Below are positions 1 to 12,904 of a stretch of DNA of 64,000 bases, in pieces; within the stretch, counting starts at the first letter, position 1, and each line of letters starts with the position of its first letter. The notes below the pieces were generated by a model. That model saw nothing but the letters and a program-made list of their open reading frames with translations, did not search any database and had not been told where the DNA came from. A program made the position numbers and the translations under genes. The stretch is taken from the NCBI GenBank assembly GCA_964270895.1, contig OZ185435.1, one strand, 5' to 3'. This stretch comes from Podarcis filfolensis. Taxonomy: Eukaryota.

Positions 1-164
1 CTTTTCCTTCAGCTCTATGAAGTTATGTTCATTACATATCTTTAGGCACCAGTTAAAAACATCTCCTAGGCCTTTGGCTAATTAAACAACCCATGGCCTT
101 TTCAACTGTGGGGGCAGTATTGTTGTTGTTTGTTACTATATTATGTATTTTTGTGTTTTTATAT

Positions 165-235
165 TGTAAACCGCCCTGTGATCCTCGGATGAAGGGCAGT
201 ATAGAAATTTAATAAATAACATAAAAATAAAAAGT
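165..235 (+). mobile_element. L2-type LINE 3' tail remnant (gtaaaccgccctgtgatcctcggatgaagggcagtatagaaatttaataaat)
   Basis: Typical squamate L2 3' terminus followed by an AATAA-rich tail; a second diverged copy lies at about 32750-32810. Confidence 0.55.
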
Positions 236-756
236 AGATATCTGGCAGGAATTTCCAGATTGAGGTCAGATCAGTCACCTTCAGCAAAGAGGTGATAGCA
301 TCAAAGAAAAACTCAGCATCTTAGACTTCTGATTTCCATGTGTACAAGTTGATACTGGAGGCTGCTGTGTATAGATAGGCTAACTAACAGATGCAGATCT
401 GCAGGGATATAGATGCAGAGGAGTTCATATCTACATCCAGCTGTGACAGCAGAATCCTTCTACCAGATGGCTCACTCCTCTTCCAGTGTGCTGTGCTCCT
501 ATGCTCCCGACGAATGCTGTCGGCATGAGTGGTTTTATGGCATATAGTGCTACCCTCTCCTTTTGAAGTTACATTTACTAAGTGGGATGAGCCAGCTGAG
601 AGCAAGAAGAAAAGATGAAGGCACAACAGCTTGTTTGGGCTGAATCGCCCTCCCTTCCCAACCCTGACAGGGCCAGCTACCACCAAGTGTATTGTGGAAA
701 GGACCCTAGGATAGCAAGAAGGGCAGGTGAGTGAATAATATGACTTCTTCTTAGAG

Positions 757-857
757 TAGTGTTTCTCAAACTTGGGTCTCCAGCTGTTGTGACTACCCAA
801 CATTACCTCTCACCCCTGGACCTACTAGCTATGGAGACCCAAGTTTGAGGAACACTG
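757..857. mobile_element. 101-bp hAT-type MITE
   Basis: Long terminal inverted repeats (tagtgtttctcaaacttgggtctcc / ggagacccaagtttgaggaacactg) flanked by a perfect 8-bp direct repeat TCTTAGAG at 749-756 and 858-865. Confidence 0.85.
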
Positions 858-1150
858 TCTTAGAGGGTTATCTACTGCCATCTGCCCTGTGGGAAGGATC
901 CTGAGGACTTGTTGTGCTTGATACAGCTTATTGTGGTGGTGCATCTAGATGGGATCTAAATAACCATTAGAAAGGTGTTTCTGTTGTTGTTTTAGCATTT
1001 ATCTTTTAAATGAACAATTTAATACCACTTTTATTTTGGGGTTTAAAGGCTAAATTCTGTATTCAATAAGTCACTTCGAGACATTTATTAAAAAGTGTTG
1101 GATTAAAAGAATAATAATAAAAAACAAATTACAGCAACATCTGAAGGCTG

Positions 1151-1318
1151 AAGAACACAGAAACATAGGAAACTGCCTTACACGGAGTCAGGCCCATTTA
1201 GCTCAGGATTGCCCATTCTGGCTGGTAGTGGCTGTCCTAAAATTTTGGGCAAGGATTGAACCTGGGACTTGCTGCATGCAAAGCAGATTCTCTGCCATTG
1301 AGCTGTGGCTCTTCTCCA
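1151..1318 (-). mobile_element. Squam3-like tRNA-derived SINE, internally deleted
   Basis: Reverse complement shows a tRNA-like head (agctcaatggcagagaatctgctttgcatgcagcaagtcccaggttcaatcc) and the ...aaggcagtttcctatgtttc tail shared with copies at 12359, 13241, 51576 and 62063. Confidence 0.7.
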
Positions 1319-3934
1319 TTTTGGTTCTATGCTTTAATATTTTGTGAGATGTTTCGTAAAAAGCAATGGATAAATGCTAATGATCAAATGGCAAAACAGC
1401 TGAAGGTGTTACTACTACAAGTGTGGCTTGTGATCAAGAATCCTGAATTTCCTCTAATGAGGATGGGGAAGGAAAGGGAAGGTGGAAGGAAGCTGCTGCC
1501 ACAGGGATCTAATCTTGCATCACGACTAACTCACATCATGGTCCATTTGATGCCTGCTACGGTGAGGCATTGGCCAAGAGTTCCTGCCTCCCCCAGGAAT
1601 TTTCTGTGTGTCTCCCTATAGACACCTGCCTCTAACTTTGATGAATATTGTCTTTAGGGAATGTTTAAAATACACGGAGGAGTATGAACCCTAAGCATAT
1701 TTACTTGGAAGCAATAAATGGGACTGACTTTCCAGTAAATGTGCTCAGACTGAAATCAGACTATCTGAAGGTGGCAGAATCTTTCCCTCCAGTTTCATTT
1801 TGTATCAACTTCCTTTTTGTATCTTGGTTTAGTTTGGGCCGAGCTACTTAAAGGAAAACTTGGTGGACGCCAATGAAATGTGATGGGCACTTTGCATGCT
1901 AGTGCCCAATTATGTGTATGGCTGACAGTGTGTTTTGCTGAGTTTATCATTCCGTTGAGATCAGTGAGAATTAGTTCAGTCTGATGGAGAAGGCTTTAAG
2001 ATGGATAAGGCAATAGATTTAGCTATTGCCACAGACTGATGTACGCTCACTTGATTCAGTGCTGTTGTTTCGTGTCATGCTGGTCCTCTTCCGTATCAAA
2101 CCAAGCATTGTTGCATCATGTTTTAATCATTGCCTTTTGTATAACTGCTGATAACGCAGAGGTGTGGCTCCTATTGGTTTTACGAGGCTATTCATTTGCA
2201 CTTTTGTGCTGCTTTTCTGATCTAAATGAGCAGCCAAGATGACATCCGTATAATTAAATAATGAAACAACAAATAAAACACTGTAGCCCGTACTGCTATT
2301 AATAAAACACGCTTGCCCATAGCACAATAAAACATAGACCACATGCAGCAAAACAAACCACTATATTAGCAGTGGTAATAATGAATGAAGCTGTATCAGA
2401 AGCCCAAGATCTCAGATAATACTTGCTCCCCAGTATTGGTCTGAAAGAAAGAAAGAGTGTCAAGGATTTTCTACACAGTTCCTCCCAAGTAAGTACATGA
2501 CAGAGCAGCAGTAGTGAGCTCTGCCTATGACTGGCATGTCTTGTTTTAGTAATAGAGCTCACACATCTTTTAACAGGTACCCAAGAGGACATTCAACAGG
2601 TGAAGCCATTTGTAGCATGGGAATGCTTCACCTGTTGAATTTTTCCAACTGTTAAGAAATCCTGTTGTTGTTTTTCCAACAATGACACTTTGGTCTGCAA
2701 CTTTTCCTGGCCCTTGTCGCTTCTAACCTGAGCCTTTTCACATTCTTATTGTTGGTTGTTTGACTGTGTCTCATCCAGGTCACAGAATGCAGAGATTATC
2801 TTGGCTGGCTGTGCCAGCATTCTTCTTGTCTTGAAGTCCAGCCAGTCTTAACCTTCTTCTCCTCTTGGCTGCCAGCTGGCACTTTGCCTATAGTGACTAG
2901 TGAGGGGAGGAGCTGTGGACAGGGGGTGTCCTACTTCTGTCCCGTCTTGCTTGCAGTTCTTGTGTGCCGCCACAGTTCTTGTTCTGATTCCTTGAGAGGC
3001 AGAAGTTTTGCTCTTTGGTAGGACCCAAAGGTAAGGGACCAGCATTAGCAGGTTTTGTCAGAGTGTGTTAGGAACAAAAGGTGTTTTGGTTTATGGGATT
3101 TTTGTGTGTGCTTTTAATTTGAATCTCTTTTGAATGGCTCAACCCTTTAGCTAATGTGCAGCATTATCAGCAATGATAAATTACCAAGAACTTTCTTGCA
3201 CCTGACTTTTCTTTTCTTTTTAAGAATAAAATAAAAATAAAGCAGTACTTTAGGGTGCTGTCATAACCACATTCTCAGAAATAAGTCTCATTTACTCCCA
3301 GGTAAGTGAGGTTAGCAATTCAGCCTTAACCATTTTAAATATGTTACATTTTAAGAAAAGAATTCAGTTTTTGCATATGACTTTTGGTACTAAACCAGTC
3401 TTTTGAAGTTTATGGAAGAGTACACACTTTTCAAAGAGAACCAGTGCAGCTTTAGGGAAGACAGTGATAGTGTTCTAATAATACCCCAGTGTTTTTAATT
3501 ATCATCTCATAATAATCATAATTTTAATATCCAATAACTATTTTGGCTGTCTTAAGTGCGCTTTCTAGAGAGCAAACTCCACTGAAAAAGGGGATTTACT
3601 TAAGGGTACGTATGCTTTAACTCTGGACTGTTAATTCTTGTAGTTTGTACTACTGCTGCTCTACTCAGCTCACTTGGGCTAACAAGTTTTGGAAGAGATT
3701 GGAAAAATAAAATATAGAATTATAAAAGCAAATTCAGAACAAGCAGAACAGGACATCTTGGCAGAAAATTAGAAGAATAGATTTCTCTAGACTTGCATGT
3801 GCAGTTGCTTCTCCAAATGTATTTCCCAGTCATGTTTTTAATAAGGCTCATGTTTACATACCACGCACCTTATGAGATTCCATCATATTTTCATTAGGAA
3901 ATATGTTAATGTGTTCAGATAGAAACAATGTTTA

Positions 3935-5152
3935 CCAATATAATATTGGGAAATTCTGGAACAAGAAGGAGATAAATTGAAATTGCAGAGTTTTGAGAAA
4001 CTAAAAGATAAAGTGTGAGATTGGCTTCATTATTATCAAATAAGGGAGGCTTACAATTTGGACAAAAAAATTGGCTTCCAGGTGGAAAAATCAAAATTGG
4101 AAACAGAACTGTTAGACCCCAAAACTAAGATACTTTCAAGAATGTATAACTTGCTGCTGAAATGGAACACCCAGGATGAAACGGTTAAATCTGCTATGAT
4201 TAAATGGGCACAAGATGTTGGACACAACATTATGATGGCTGACTGGGAACAGTTGTGGACCACAGGTATGAAATTCACGGCATGTAATGCCTTAAGAGAG
4301 AATATTATGAAAATGATATACAGATGGTACATGACACCAGTCAAGCTTGCAAAAATCTATCATTTGCCCGATAATAAATGCTGGAAATGTAAAGATAATG
4401 AAGGAACATTCTTTCACCTTTGGTGGATGTGCCCAAGGATTAAGGCTTTCTGGGAGACGATATATAATGAAATGAAAAAGGTATTTAAATATACCTTCTT
4501 GAAGAAACCAGAGGCCTTTCTCCTGGGCATGGTCGGCCAATTGGTGCCAAAGAAGGATAGAACTTTCTTTATGTATGCTACAACAGCAGCAAGAATACTT
4601 ATTGCAAAATATTGGAAGACACAAGATTTACCCACCCTGGAAGAATGGCAGATGAAGGTGATGGACTACATGGAACTGGCGGAAATGACTGGCAGAATCC
4701 GAGACCAGGGAGAAGAGTCGGTGGAAGAAGATTGGAAGAAATTTAAGGATTATTTACAGAAATACTGCAAAATTAATGAATGTTAAAATGATGTTGGAAT
4801 GAAATGAAGCGGTTTTAGTAACAATGTTAAAAAGGAGTATGTAAAAATGATTTATTAAATAGATGAAATTATAAGGTTATAATATGTCAAGATAAAGAAC
4901 TGAGATAAAAATAAAGAGGGAAAGGATTTGCTGAATTAACCATTCGAAATGGAATACAAAAAAGGGAGGTGTGAGGAAGTCAGGGAAACAAGTGAATGAA
5001 AAGTAAGACATTGAAAGATGGACTTTTTTTACTGTTTGTTCTATTTTCTTTTTTTCTATTCTGTATTTTTTATTGTTTGTTTCCTTTTTTAATATCTTAT
5101 TATTTCTGTAAACTCTTTTTTGAAATTTGAATAAAATATCATTTAAAAAAAA
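3935..5152 (+). mobile_element. 5'-truncated L1 (LINE-1 clade): ORF2 C-terminus with CCHC-type motif, 3' UTR and short poly(A)
   Basis: ORF 4058..4786 contains CWKC..GTFFHLWW.C, typical of L1 ORF2p; in-frame TGA at 4016-4018; AATAAA plus A-tail near 5130-5152; 19-bp target-site duplication CAGATAGAA(A/G)CAATGTTTA at 3916-3934 and 5153-5171 (1 mismatch). Confidence 0.9.
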
Positions 5153-6197
5153 CAGATAGAAGCAATGTTTAAATTCACTGGCTGATGCATTCTTACTAAT
5201 CAAATGGCAAATGTTTATTTGAATATCGTAGCTGTGGTAATACAACAACACTAGAAAATAGGATTCAATCAGATTGCGTGTGAGAATAGAATAGCATTTC
5301 TTTTTCTCCCTACAACCAGATTTTAGACATATCTAAAATGCTTTTCAGCCTTACCAAGACATGTCTGGAATATAAACTAAACAAAGGATGTAACAAGCCA
5401 GCTTAAAATTTAAAATAACTTTTAGATTTCCAGTGTCCTTGCTGCATATAGGTCACCCTTCCTATTTATAGCGTGCATATATGAAGTAGAAAGAGCTGCA
5501 ATTTGTGGACATGTTTGTGGATTGCCTAGAGTTGCTAGATGTTTATTATTTTACATGCCATTTCAAAATATCGTGCAGCAACAGACTTTGACTTATTTTG
5601 GGCTATGGCAACATGCTAGCACATCTAGTGAAACTTAGTGACAGGTTTGGGACAAAACAAAATAAATTTCTTCATGTAGCAATTTCCTTAGGAGATTCGG
5701 TGCTACAGTTTCTGGTGCTGGTTACTAGTTCAGGGCTACTTTTCATCATGAACCTCCTTGCGGCAAGCTGTCCTTTGTGTCCCAGTTTGCCACTCAGATT
5801 GACCCACGTAGCACCGTTTGTTTGCATCCCAGTGCAATCTCTAACCAGGAATATTTTGTAACTCTAGTCTGGATGAGGATAAGCACAGTCAATTCAGAGA
5901 AAGTGGAGGTGCTATTAGCTGCTGATTCAGGTGGAAGTGGCCAACTTACTTTGGTTTTATGCCGCTTGAAGAGCCAATTGTATAGTCTGAAAACCATTGT
6001 CTGTCCAGGTGATGCCTTCGGTTAGGAGTACCCCTTTCCAGCTTAATCCAGTGCACCAGCAACTGCAAGCTTGTCTTGAAAAGTAGATCTGCTCTTAGTG
6101 ACTTGTGCACTGGTAATATCCAGGCTGGATAGCCAAAATTCTCTGTGGGTTGTACTTTTAAAGATCGTTTAGCAACAGTTTCAAAATGCAGTCGCCA

Positions 6198-6198
<1 letters not shown>

Positions 6199-6228
<30 letters not shown>

Positions 6229-7613
6229 TTATACCCCGCCCATCTGGCTGAGTTTCCCCAGCCATTCTGGGCGGCTCCCAATCGAGTGTTAAAAACAACA
6301 CAGCGTTAAATATTAAAAACTTCCCTAAACAGGGCTGCCTTCAGATGTCTTTTAAAAATAAGATAGCTGCTTATTTCCTTGACATCTGATGGGAGGGCAT
6401 TCCACAGGACGGGCGCCACTACCAGGAAGGCCCTCTGTCTGGTTCCCTGTAACCTCTCTTCTTGGAGAGAGGGAACCGCCAGAAGGCCCTCGGCGCTGGA
6501 TCTGTGTCTGGGCTGAACGATGGGGGTAGAGACGCTCCTTCAAGTATACAGGACCGAGGGCTTTAAAGGTCAGCAGCAACACTTTGAATTGTGCTCAGAA
6601 ACTTACTGGGAGCCAATGTAGGTCTTTCAAGACCAGTGTTATGTGGTCTTGGCGGCCACCCCCAGTCACCAGTCTAGCTGCTGCATTCTGGATTAGTTGT
6701 AGTTTCCGGGTCACCTTCAAAGGTAGCCCCACGTAGAGCGCATTGCAGTAGTCCGAGCGGGAGATAGCTAGAGCATGCACCACTCTGGCGAGACAGTAGG
6801 CGGGCAGGTAAGGTCTCAGCCTGCGTACCAGATGGAGCTGGTAGACCGCCACCCTGGACACAGAATTAACCTGCGGCTCCATGGACAGCTGTGAGTCCAA
6901 AATGACTCCCAGGCTGTGCACCTGGTCCTTCAGAGGCACAGTTACCCCATTCAGGACCAGGGAGTCCCCTACACCCACCTGCCCCTGTCCCCCCAAAACA
7001 GTATTTCTCAACCTCAATCTGTTAGCTGCCATCCATCCCCCAACCACCTCCAGGCACTCACACAGGACATTCACTGCCTTCACTGGTTCTGATTTAAAAG
7101 AGAGATAGAGCTGGGTGTCATCTGCATACTGATGAACACCCAGCCCAAACACCCTGATGATCTCTCCCAGCAGCTTCATATAGATATTAAAAAGCATGGG
7201 GGAGAGGACGGAACCCTGAGGCACCCCACAAGTGAGAGCCCAGGGGTCTGAACACTCATCCCCCCCACTTTCTGAAAGGAGAAAGGAGCGGAACCACTGT
7301 ATAACAGGGCCCCCAACTCCCAGCCCCTCTAGACGGTCCAGAAGGATGTTATGGTTGATAGTGTCAAAGACCGCTGAGAGATCCAGCAGAACTAGGAAAT
7401 AGCTTGCACCTTTGTCCCTTGCCCGCCAGAGTGCGACCAAGGCAGTTTCAGTCCCATGGTGAGGCCTGAATCCCAACTGGAAGGGATGCAAATGGTCCGC
7501 ATCCTCCGGGCATGCTTGGAGTCGTTCAGCAACCACCCGCTCAATCACCTTGCCCAAGAATGGTAGATTTGAGACTGGGCGATAGTTGGCTATATTTGCC
7601 GGGTCTAAAGATG
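6199..7613 (-). mobile_element. 5'-truncated L2 LINE with reverse-transcriptase domain and (ATT)10 tail
   Basis: ORF 6595..7557(-) has GVPQGSVLSP, YADDTQLYLSF and DYCNALYVGLP motifs of L2-clade RT; tail microsatellite at 6199-6228. Confidence 0.92.
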
Positions 7614-9566
7614 TGAGGTGTCCAAATGCTTAGAGAACAGTCAACCAAACAGCTTCCAAAATAGGTAGTAGGTCTTCAGTGTCTGAAAATCAGTGAGCAT
7701 ATATGTGCTTTATAAATATACAAGTTCCAAGTATACTTGGGTGCACATAAATGCTTTTGTATAGAAGAGGCTAATAATGAAAATATTAAAGTTGCTTCTT
7801 TCTGCTGGCTGCAATAAAGTCAAAACACACACTCATATGTTTAGGAAATGAAGATGTTGTCTTGAGTTGGGACCTTATCAGTGGAAACCATATCAAGGAT
7901 TTCACTAATCACAAACCTAGTTAAAGATTTACTTGATTTGAAAGGGCAAGAAGGAGCAGCAGCATAGATTCCATGCTGATTCTTTCTCTGATGCGTGTTA
8001 TAAATGGGTGGGAAGGAACTGCATGATATTTTTAAAACCCAGAGAGTTTGATTGATCTTTCTTGGACTGATATTTTAGATATTTTGGAGGAGGTTTCAAA
8101 ACTTTTTTGTGGAATGGCAATCCATAAATAGAAATCTAAACACTTTAATTTATACCAGGTTTGTAAATGAGCACTTGCCCAGGGCAAGTAAGAATCAGCT
8201 GCAGGTGGCTAGGAAGCAGAATCTACTTCATGTTAAAAATAACTAAATTAATGAAGTTTCAATACATACCCAGCTGACAAAGTCCAGAAGCCATGAAAGC
8301 TAGGTGTGGAGGAAAAATGCTTCTGGAACTGTTTCTTGGCCAGCCATATTTGAACCATTATTTGTAAGGCTGTTACAGATTTACCATTCCTACAACGTTA
8401 TTCATCATCTGTGTTTCAGGATGGTTTGCTTGCTTCAATGTCAGCAGTTTCAGAAAACCTGTGTGTGTTAGAGCTGAACGAGAATTGGATGCTTTGGAAG
8501 TTCAGGTATTTTATATCCTTGGGCAGCCATTAGAAGTATAACCCAGAGCCCATCTATGAGAATGCCCAAAGGGCTTGTGCATTCCTGATGGGACTTTTGA
8601 CCTCTTCCTTGCTCCCTGCTTTTAATAGCATTGCCTGTTCCTACGTTTCAACAAGTTTTTTGAAACTTTTCCAATTTCGGAAAATGGTTTGCCATTTGAG
8701 GCTACACTTCAAAACATACTGCATGGGTGAAGCCAGTGATTCTTTGGATGGTGGCTTTAGAGCTAAATATGTTCTCGCAATTGGCTGCCTCTGGGCTTCC
8801 AAGCAAACACAAAAGATCAAACACGGTCAGTTTCTTTGCTATGAATGCAGGTGATATTGAATATTAGTTAGCACCGTCTGCCTGCATGCTGAAGCATAGG
8901 AACCAAAAAGAGTATGGTAAATTGTTAACGAGAGGAGGGAGAAAGAGGTTCAACATCAAGATTAAAAGTAATTGTTCATGTGATACAGAAAAATGTGTAG
9001 CATTTCTTATTTTCCTGCTGCAGCGGCCTCGGGGAAATTCCTAGTCTCTGTGGCAAAATTCGTGAGGCTCTGTGAAATTTGATTTGGTACCTCAACGGAT
9101 CTTAAAGGTCTTTTTCATCTTATTAGCACCCCTGTGCATTCTTGCCTTCGAGCTAGCTGCATTAAACCTGATAGGATTTTCTTCTAAGTTAACATATATA
9201 GGAATGGGCAATGTTTATGTTCATTTATTTGGACCTTACCAAGGACGGCAAGTAGTCTTCTATCTTTATAGTAAGCCTCAGTCCCTGCCAATACTGCTTT
9301 CTGAATAAACTGTTGTTACTTGTCCTAACATGGCAAAGGGAATAAGAAACGACAACTAAAATATGAAAAAGTTATCATCTCTGCTTTTTGCTGGGGAAGA
9401 GAAGGGGAAGCATAATTTGGAAAGATAATGCTAAGACTTGCCTTTCCCCAAAGCTCCTTGTTTGAAATAGTGCAGATAAAATTTTCTGTTTTGCTTTATT
9501 CATATATGTAACCTAAACAGAAGACTATTTACCACTACCTGGGAGAAATGGCTATAAGGAGCTTTT

Positions 9567-9588
9567 GTGTGTGTGTGTGTGTGTGTGT
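9567..9588. repeat. (GT)11 microsatellite
   Basis: Direct count. Confidence 0.95.
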
Positions 9589-9947
9589 TTGGTAGCTTGT
9601 TGCATTTGCTCATGAGTAGGTATTGTTTCACATTGCTCCAATCTCTGAGTGGTGTGAGATTCCAGGTGCTTTGACCAAGGTTCATGTTTGCTTTTGGAAT
9701 TGAGGCACAGTGGGAGACTGTGGTGTCTTTAAGATATATAGTTTATTTCCACATATACAGTATACAGCCTGAGCCTACGATGGAGGGGTTCACAGCATCA
9801 ACAACCCCCAAAAAGTCCCCCCACTGTAATCCCCCATCACCTCACCAGGAAGCTAGTTTGGCTAATACAGGAATTAGAAAGCTTGGGTAGCTTTTAACAC
9901 TTGCTGGATCCAGGGATTAGAGGAGTCTGGCATACAGCTTAACATCC

Positions 9948-10321
9948 TGTTATGTACTGAGTTGAATAGGATCCAAACTGCAGCAGTCTGATTGGTCCTA
10001 GAACAATAGGATCCAAAAGGCAGCAGTCTGATTGGTCCTAGAACAATAGGATTCAGAATGCAGCAGTCTGATTGGTCCTAGAACAATGCAGCAGTATGAT
10101 TGGTTGGCAGGAACCACCCAATCATGCTCCAGATAGAAGTGAATCCACAACTTGATTGGCTTACAGTAGAATTCCGGAATTAGCCAATCATGTGCAGCCC
10201 ATTGTGTAAATAATGTATATAAAGCAGATACTTTGAGGGGACTTTCATTCATTCATTCCTCCTCACCACTATGAGCTGAATAAAGAGCATGAAATCACTT
10301 TGCGACTCTGAGTATATTTCA
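9948..10321 (+). mobile_element. Solo LTR (374 bp), sense to PRR5L
   Basis: TG...CA termini (TGTTATGTAC...GTATATTTCA), 5-bp TSD CATCC at 9943-9947 and 10322-10326, three full 40-bp tandem units each with ATTGG (CCAAT box), TATATAAA at 10216-10223, AATAAA at 10279-10284. Confidence 0.88.
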
Positions 10322-10387
10322 CATCCCAAACTCATAATAGTATTATAGTTTGTCAGCTCCTTAGGGACAGAGACCTATCAACCCATT

Positions 10388-10635
10388 CTTCTTTGGCAAT
10401 CACTCATAGCTAAGTAAGATTGTCTTCCATGAACACAGTCTTAACAGTGACTCTGTAAGTGACTGTGGAGGCCAATTCTGGATCCACATGTCCTTCCACA
10501 GTAGGGACTTAGGTTTCTGGGTGTGAGTTGATCATGGTGAGGGTTTGCCAAACATGCCTTCCTCTTAGCACGTTTTTCCCTTTCGTCCTGAGTTCAAGTG
10601 TCTTCAAAGTCCTTGACACCTTTGGTAAAGGCTGT
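10388..10635 (-). mobile_element. RTE-clade LINE 3' fragment (C-terminal C2H2-like motif, decayed)
   Basis: Minus-strand translation ...PYCGRTCGSRIGLHSHLQSHC*, matching the CPxCGR...SRIGLxSHxRxH terminus of RTE-type ORFs; short GAA tail. Confidence 0.7.
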
Positions 10636-12358
10636 TCTCCAAGTGTTTCCCAGTTCTTGGTGTTTATAGTACATTTTTAAAGATTTGCCTTGAGTGAGTC
10701 TTTAAACCTCTTTTGTTGACTACACTTTCCATTTTTAAGTTCGGAATGGAGTAGTTGCTTTGGAAGAAATAAATCAGTAACGTATAATATATGATGATGC
10801 TTTATGCATAATAATGAAAAAGGTAGTCAAACCACCAACAGGACCTGAAATTTTGTGCATGTTTTTCAAAACACCCAACCCAGGAAGTGGAGCTATTTAT
10901 ATGTTGGGTGGTAGTGAGGAAGAACTTTCACTCTCTCAGCTAGTTCCTCAGGACTTAGATGAATTCTCAAGAAATGGCTTCCCTTGCAGCCAGGATCATC
11001 CTTGCATTGTATGGTTGCAACATGTCTGGAGGCTTTCTTACAGGCTTCTGTACTGCAGCAGGATCCTAATTTGCTCACAGGCCAGCCCCTTTTATCAGAC
11101 TGGAGTCAGCACAAAATCAGGTGCTGGTAAAAGGAGAAGAAGGAATTCAAACAAAGAAAGCTAGGCAACACCTACCACAGATATTTATTCCTTGCACAAT
11201 ACTGGTACCTTTTAAAGTTGCAAAAGCAGTCCTGTGAGAAGCATCTTCTCTTTCTCCCCTTCTGCTCTGGGTACTCATGCAAAAGGGGTTGCATGGGTTC
11301 ACATCCCCTCCATGCACTGGCTGCACAACCCACTGAATCCTTGAGGGCAGTGCAAAAGCTTGTGTGGTTTGAATGTACTGTATTGTACAGAGAATACTGT
11401 GCAAACCCTCATCCCATTTTGTATCATCTCTGGTGTCTGGTTGGACAACATGAACGAATGGATTGGAAAGCTGGTCTGTTACAATTTAATTACTTCTGGT
11501 TTTTTTTGCTTTAGCTGTGTCCTCCTCCTTTTCCTCCTCTTGCTGTGATGGGCTAGCTAGCTGGTCAAGGTTGCTGCTGTGGCTGCCTCTGTGACTAACA
11601 GCCTTTAGGCTCCACTGCTTTCATTAGTGCTGTTGTGGTTGCAGAAAGCCGAATGAGGGAACATTTGAAAAGAGCAGTGATGGAAATCCTAAAATGTGTG
11701 TGTATTTTAAAGAATGCTGATTTATTTTCTTTTGTCCCCTCCCCCCCTTTTTGCAGCAAACAGTTACATGCATACTGCTCTGTGTTTTGTTTATATACTG
11801 TAAATTTCTGATAGCTGGAATCCCCAGCAGATTCCCAAAAACCCTATTCAGGATTTCCAACCCCTAGTATAATAATATATTGCAGGGCATGTGGAAATGG
11901 CATGGCCAGCAAATGACTAAGAGCTGCCTTGGTAGACAGAGCAGCATTCAGAAGGAAACCTGGGAACTTGGGATGAGAGAAACCCCATACTGTGAAGGGG
12001 AAATGCTGGTGTCATTTGCGTGTGGGAAACACAGCTTTGTGGGATTTGGCCTGTGGTAAGTGCTTCAGAGTGGATCTGAAGTATTCTGCAAATGTATCCA
12101 AGCTAAACATAAGCTAAACCTAGTGGATTTCAGTGACTGGTGTGTCATTTCTGTGGTCTGAAAAAGGGTTTCCCTTTTTTAATTATTGCCGTCATGACTG
12201 AACTTTGTGGATGCTCAGAAACAAGCACCTGTCAGCTAGCTTCTATCTGGTGCAAGCTTCAATCCAGTGGCATTTTTACACATGTACCCACAAGTGGTAC
12301 AAGGGTGTGCCTCTTTATTAACAATGGCTGGAGTGCAGAAGGCAGCAGTTTTAAAATT

Positions 12359-12503
12359 AGGAACATAGGAAATTGCTGTATACTGAGTCAGAGCAGTGGT
12401 CCATCTCTAACTGGCAGCATCTCCAGGGTTTCAGAGGGCATTCCAAGTCCTGCCTGGAGATGTCACTGGGAATTAAACCTGGGACCCTCTGCATGCAAAC
12501 AGA
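12359..12503 (-). mobile_element. Squam3-like SINE
   Basis: Same head and tail motifs as the other copies (gaacataggaaattgctgtatactgagtcaga...gaattaaacctgggaccctctgcatgcaa). Confidence 0.7.
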
Positions 12504-12504
12504 G

Positions 12505-12605
12505 TTGGATGAGTCTGCAAGAGTCATCTAGTCCAGCCCCATGCAATGCAGGAATCTTTTGCCCAACATGGGTCTCGAACCCATGACCTTGAGATTAAGA
12601 GTCTT
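12505..12605 (-). mobile_element. Short SINE-like fragment with a CR1-like 3' part and a tRNA-like part
   Basis: gtcatctagtccagccccatgcaatgcaggaatc resembles the CR1 tail at 38650-38700; tcgaacccatgaccttgagattaagagtc is the reverse complement of a tRNA-like B-box/anticodon region. Confidence 0.45.
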
Positions 12606-12904
12606 GTTGTAAACGTAACTTAAATGTGAAATGATGACCCATCTTCTTTCACATGTTCAGCCTAGAGAAGCTGATCAGAAGCAGACAATTTTTAGCATGC
12701 CTGGGTTGGACTCAAAGGTTGGTTGTGCACGAGAGAGGCTGTTCCTGCAGCCAATCTCCCTCAATTCCTTCTTGACTTCTTTACTCTCCCAAAGGTTCTT
12801 TGGGGGATCGTGTGACCCTCAAAACAGCTTTGGTTACATTGCAGGGACTGCAGCATCAGGAGGAGAGATCTCTCTCCAAACTGGGCAGACATCTCTTGTG
12901 AAAC

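Noticed and set aside
4058-4786. 242-aa ORF as an independent host gene
   Set aside because: It is the C-terminus of L1 ORF2p in a 5'-truncated, TSD-flanked insertion, with an in-frame stop just upstream.
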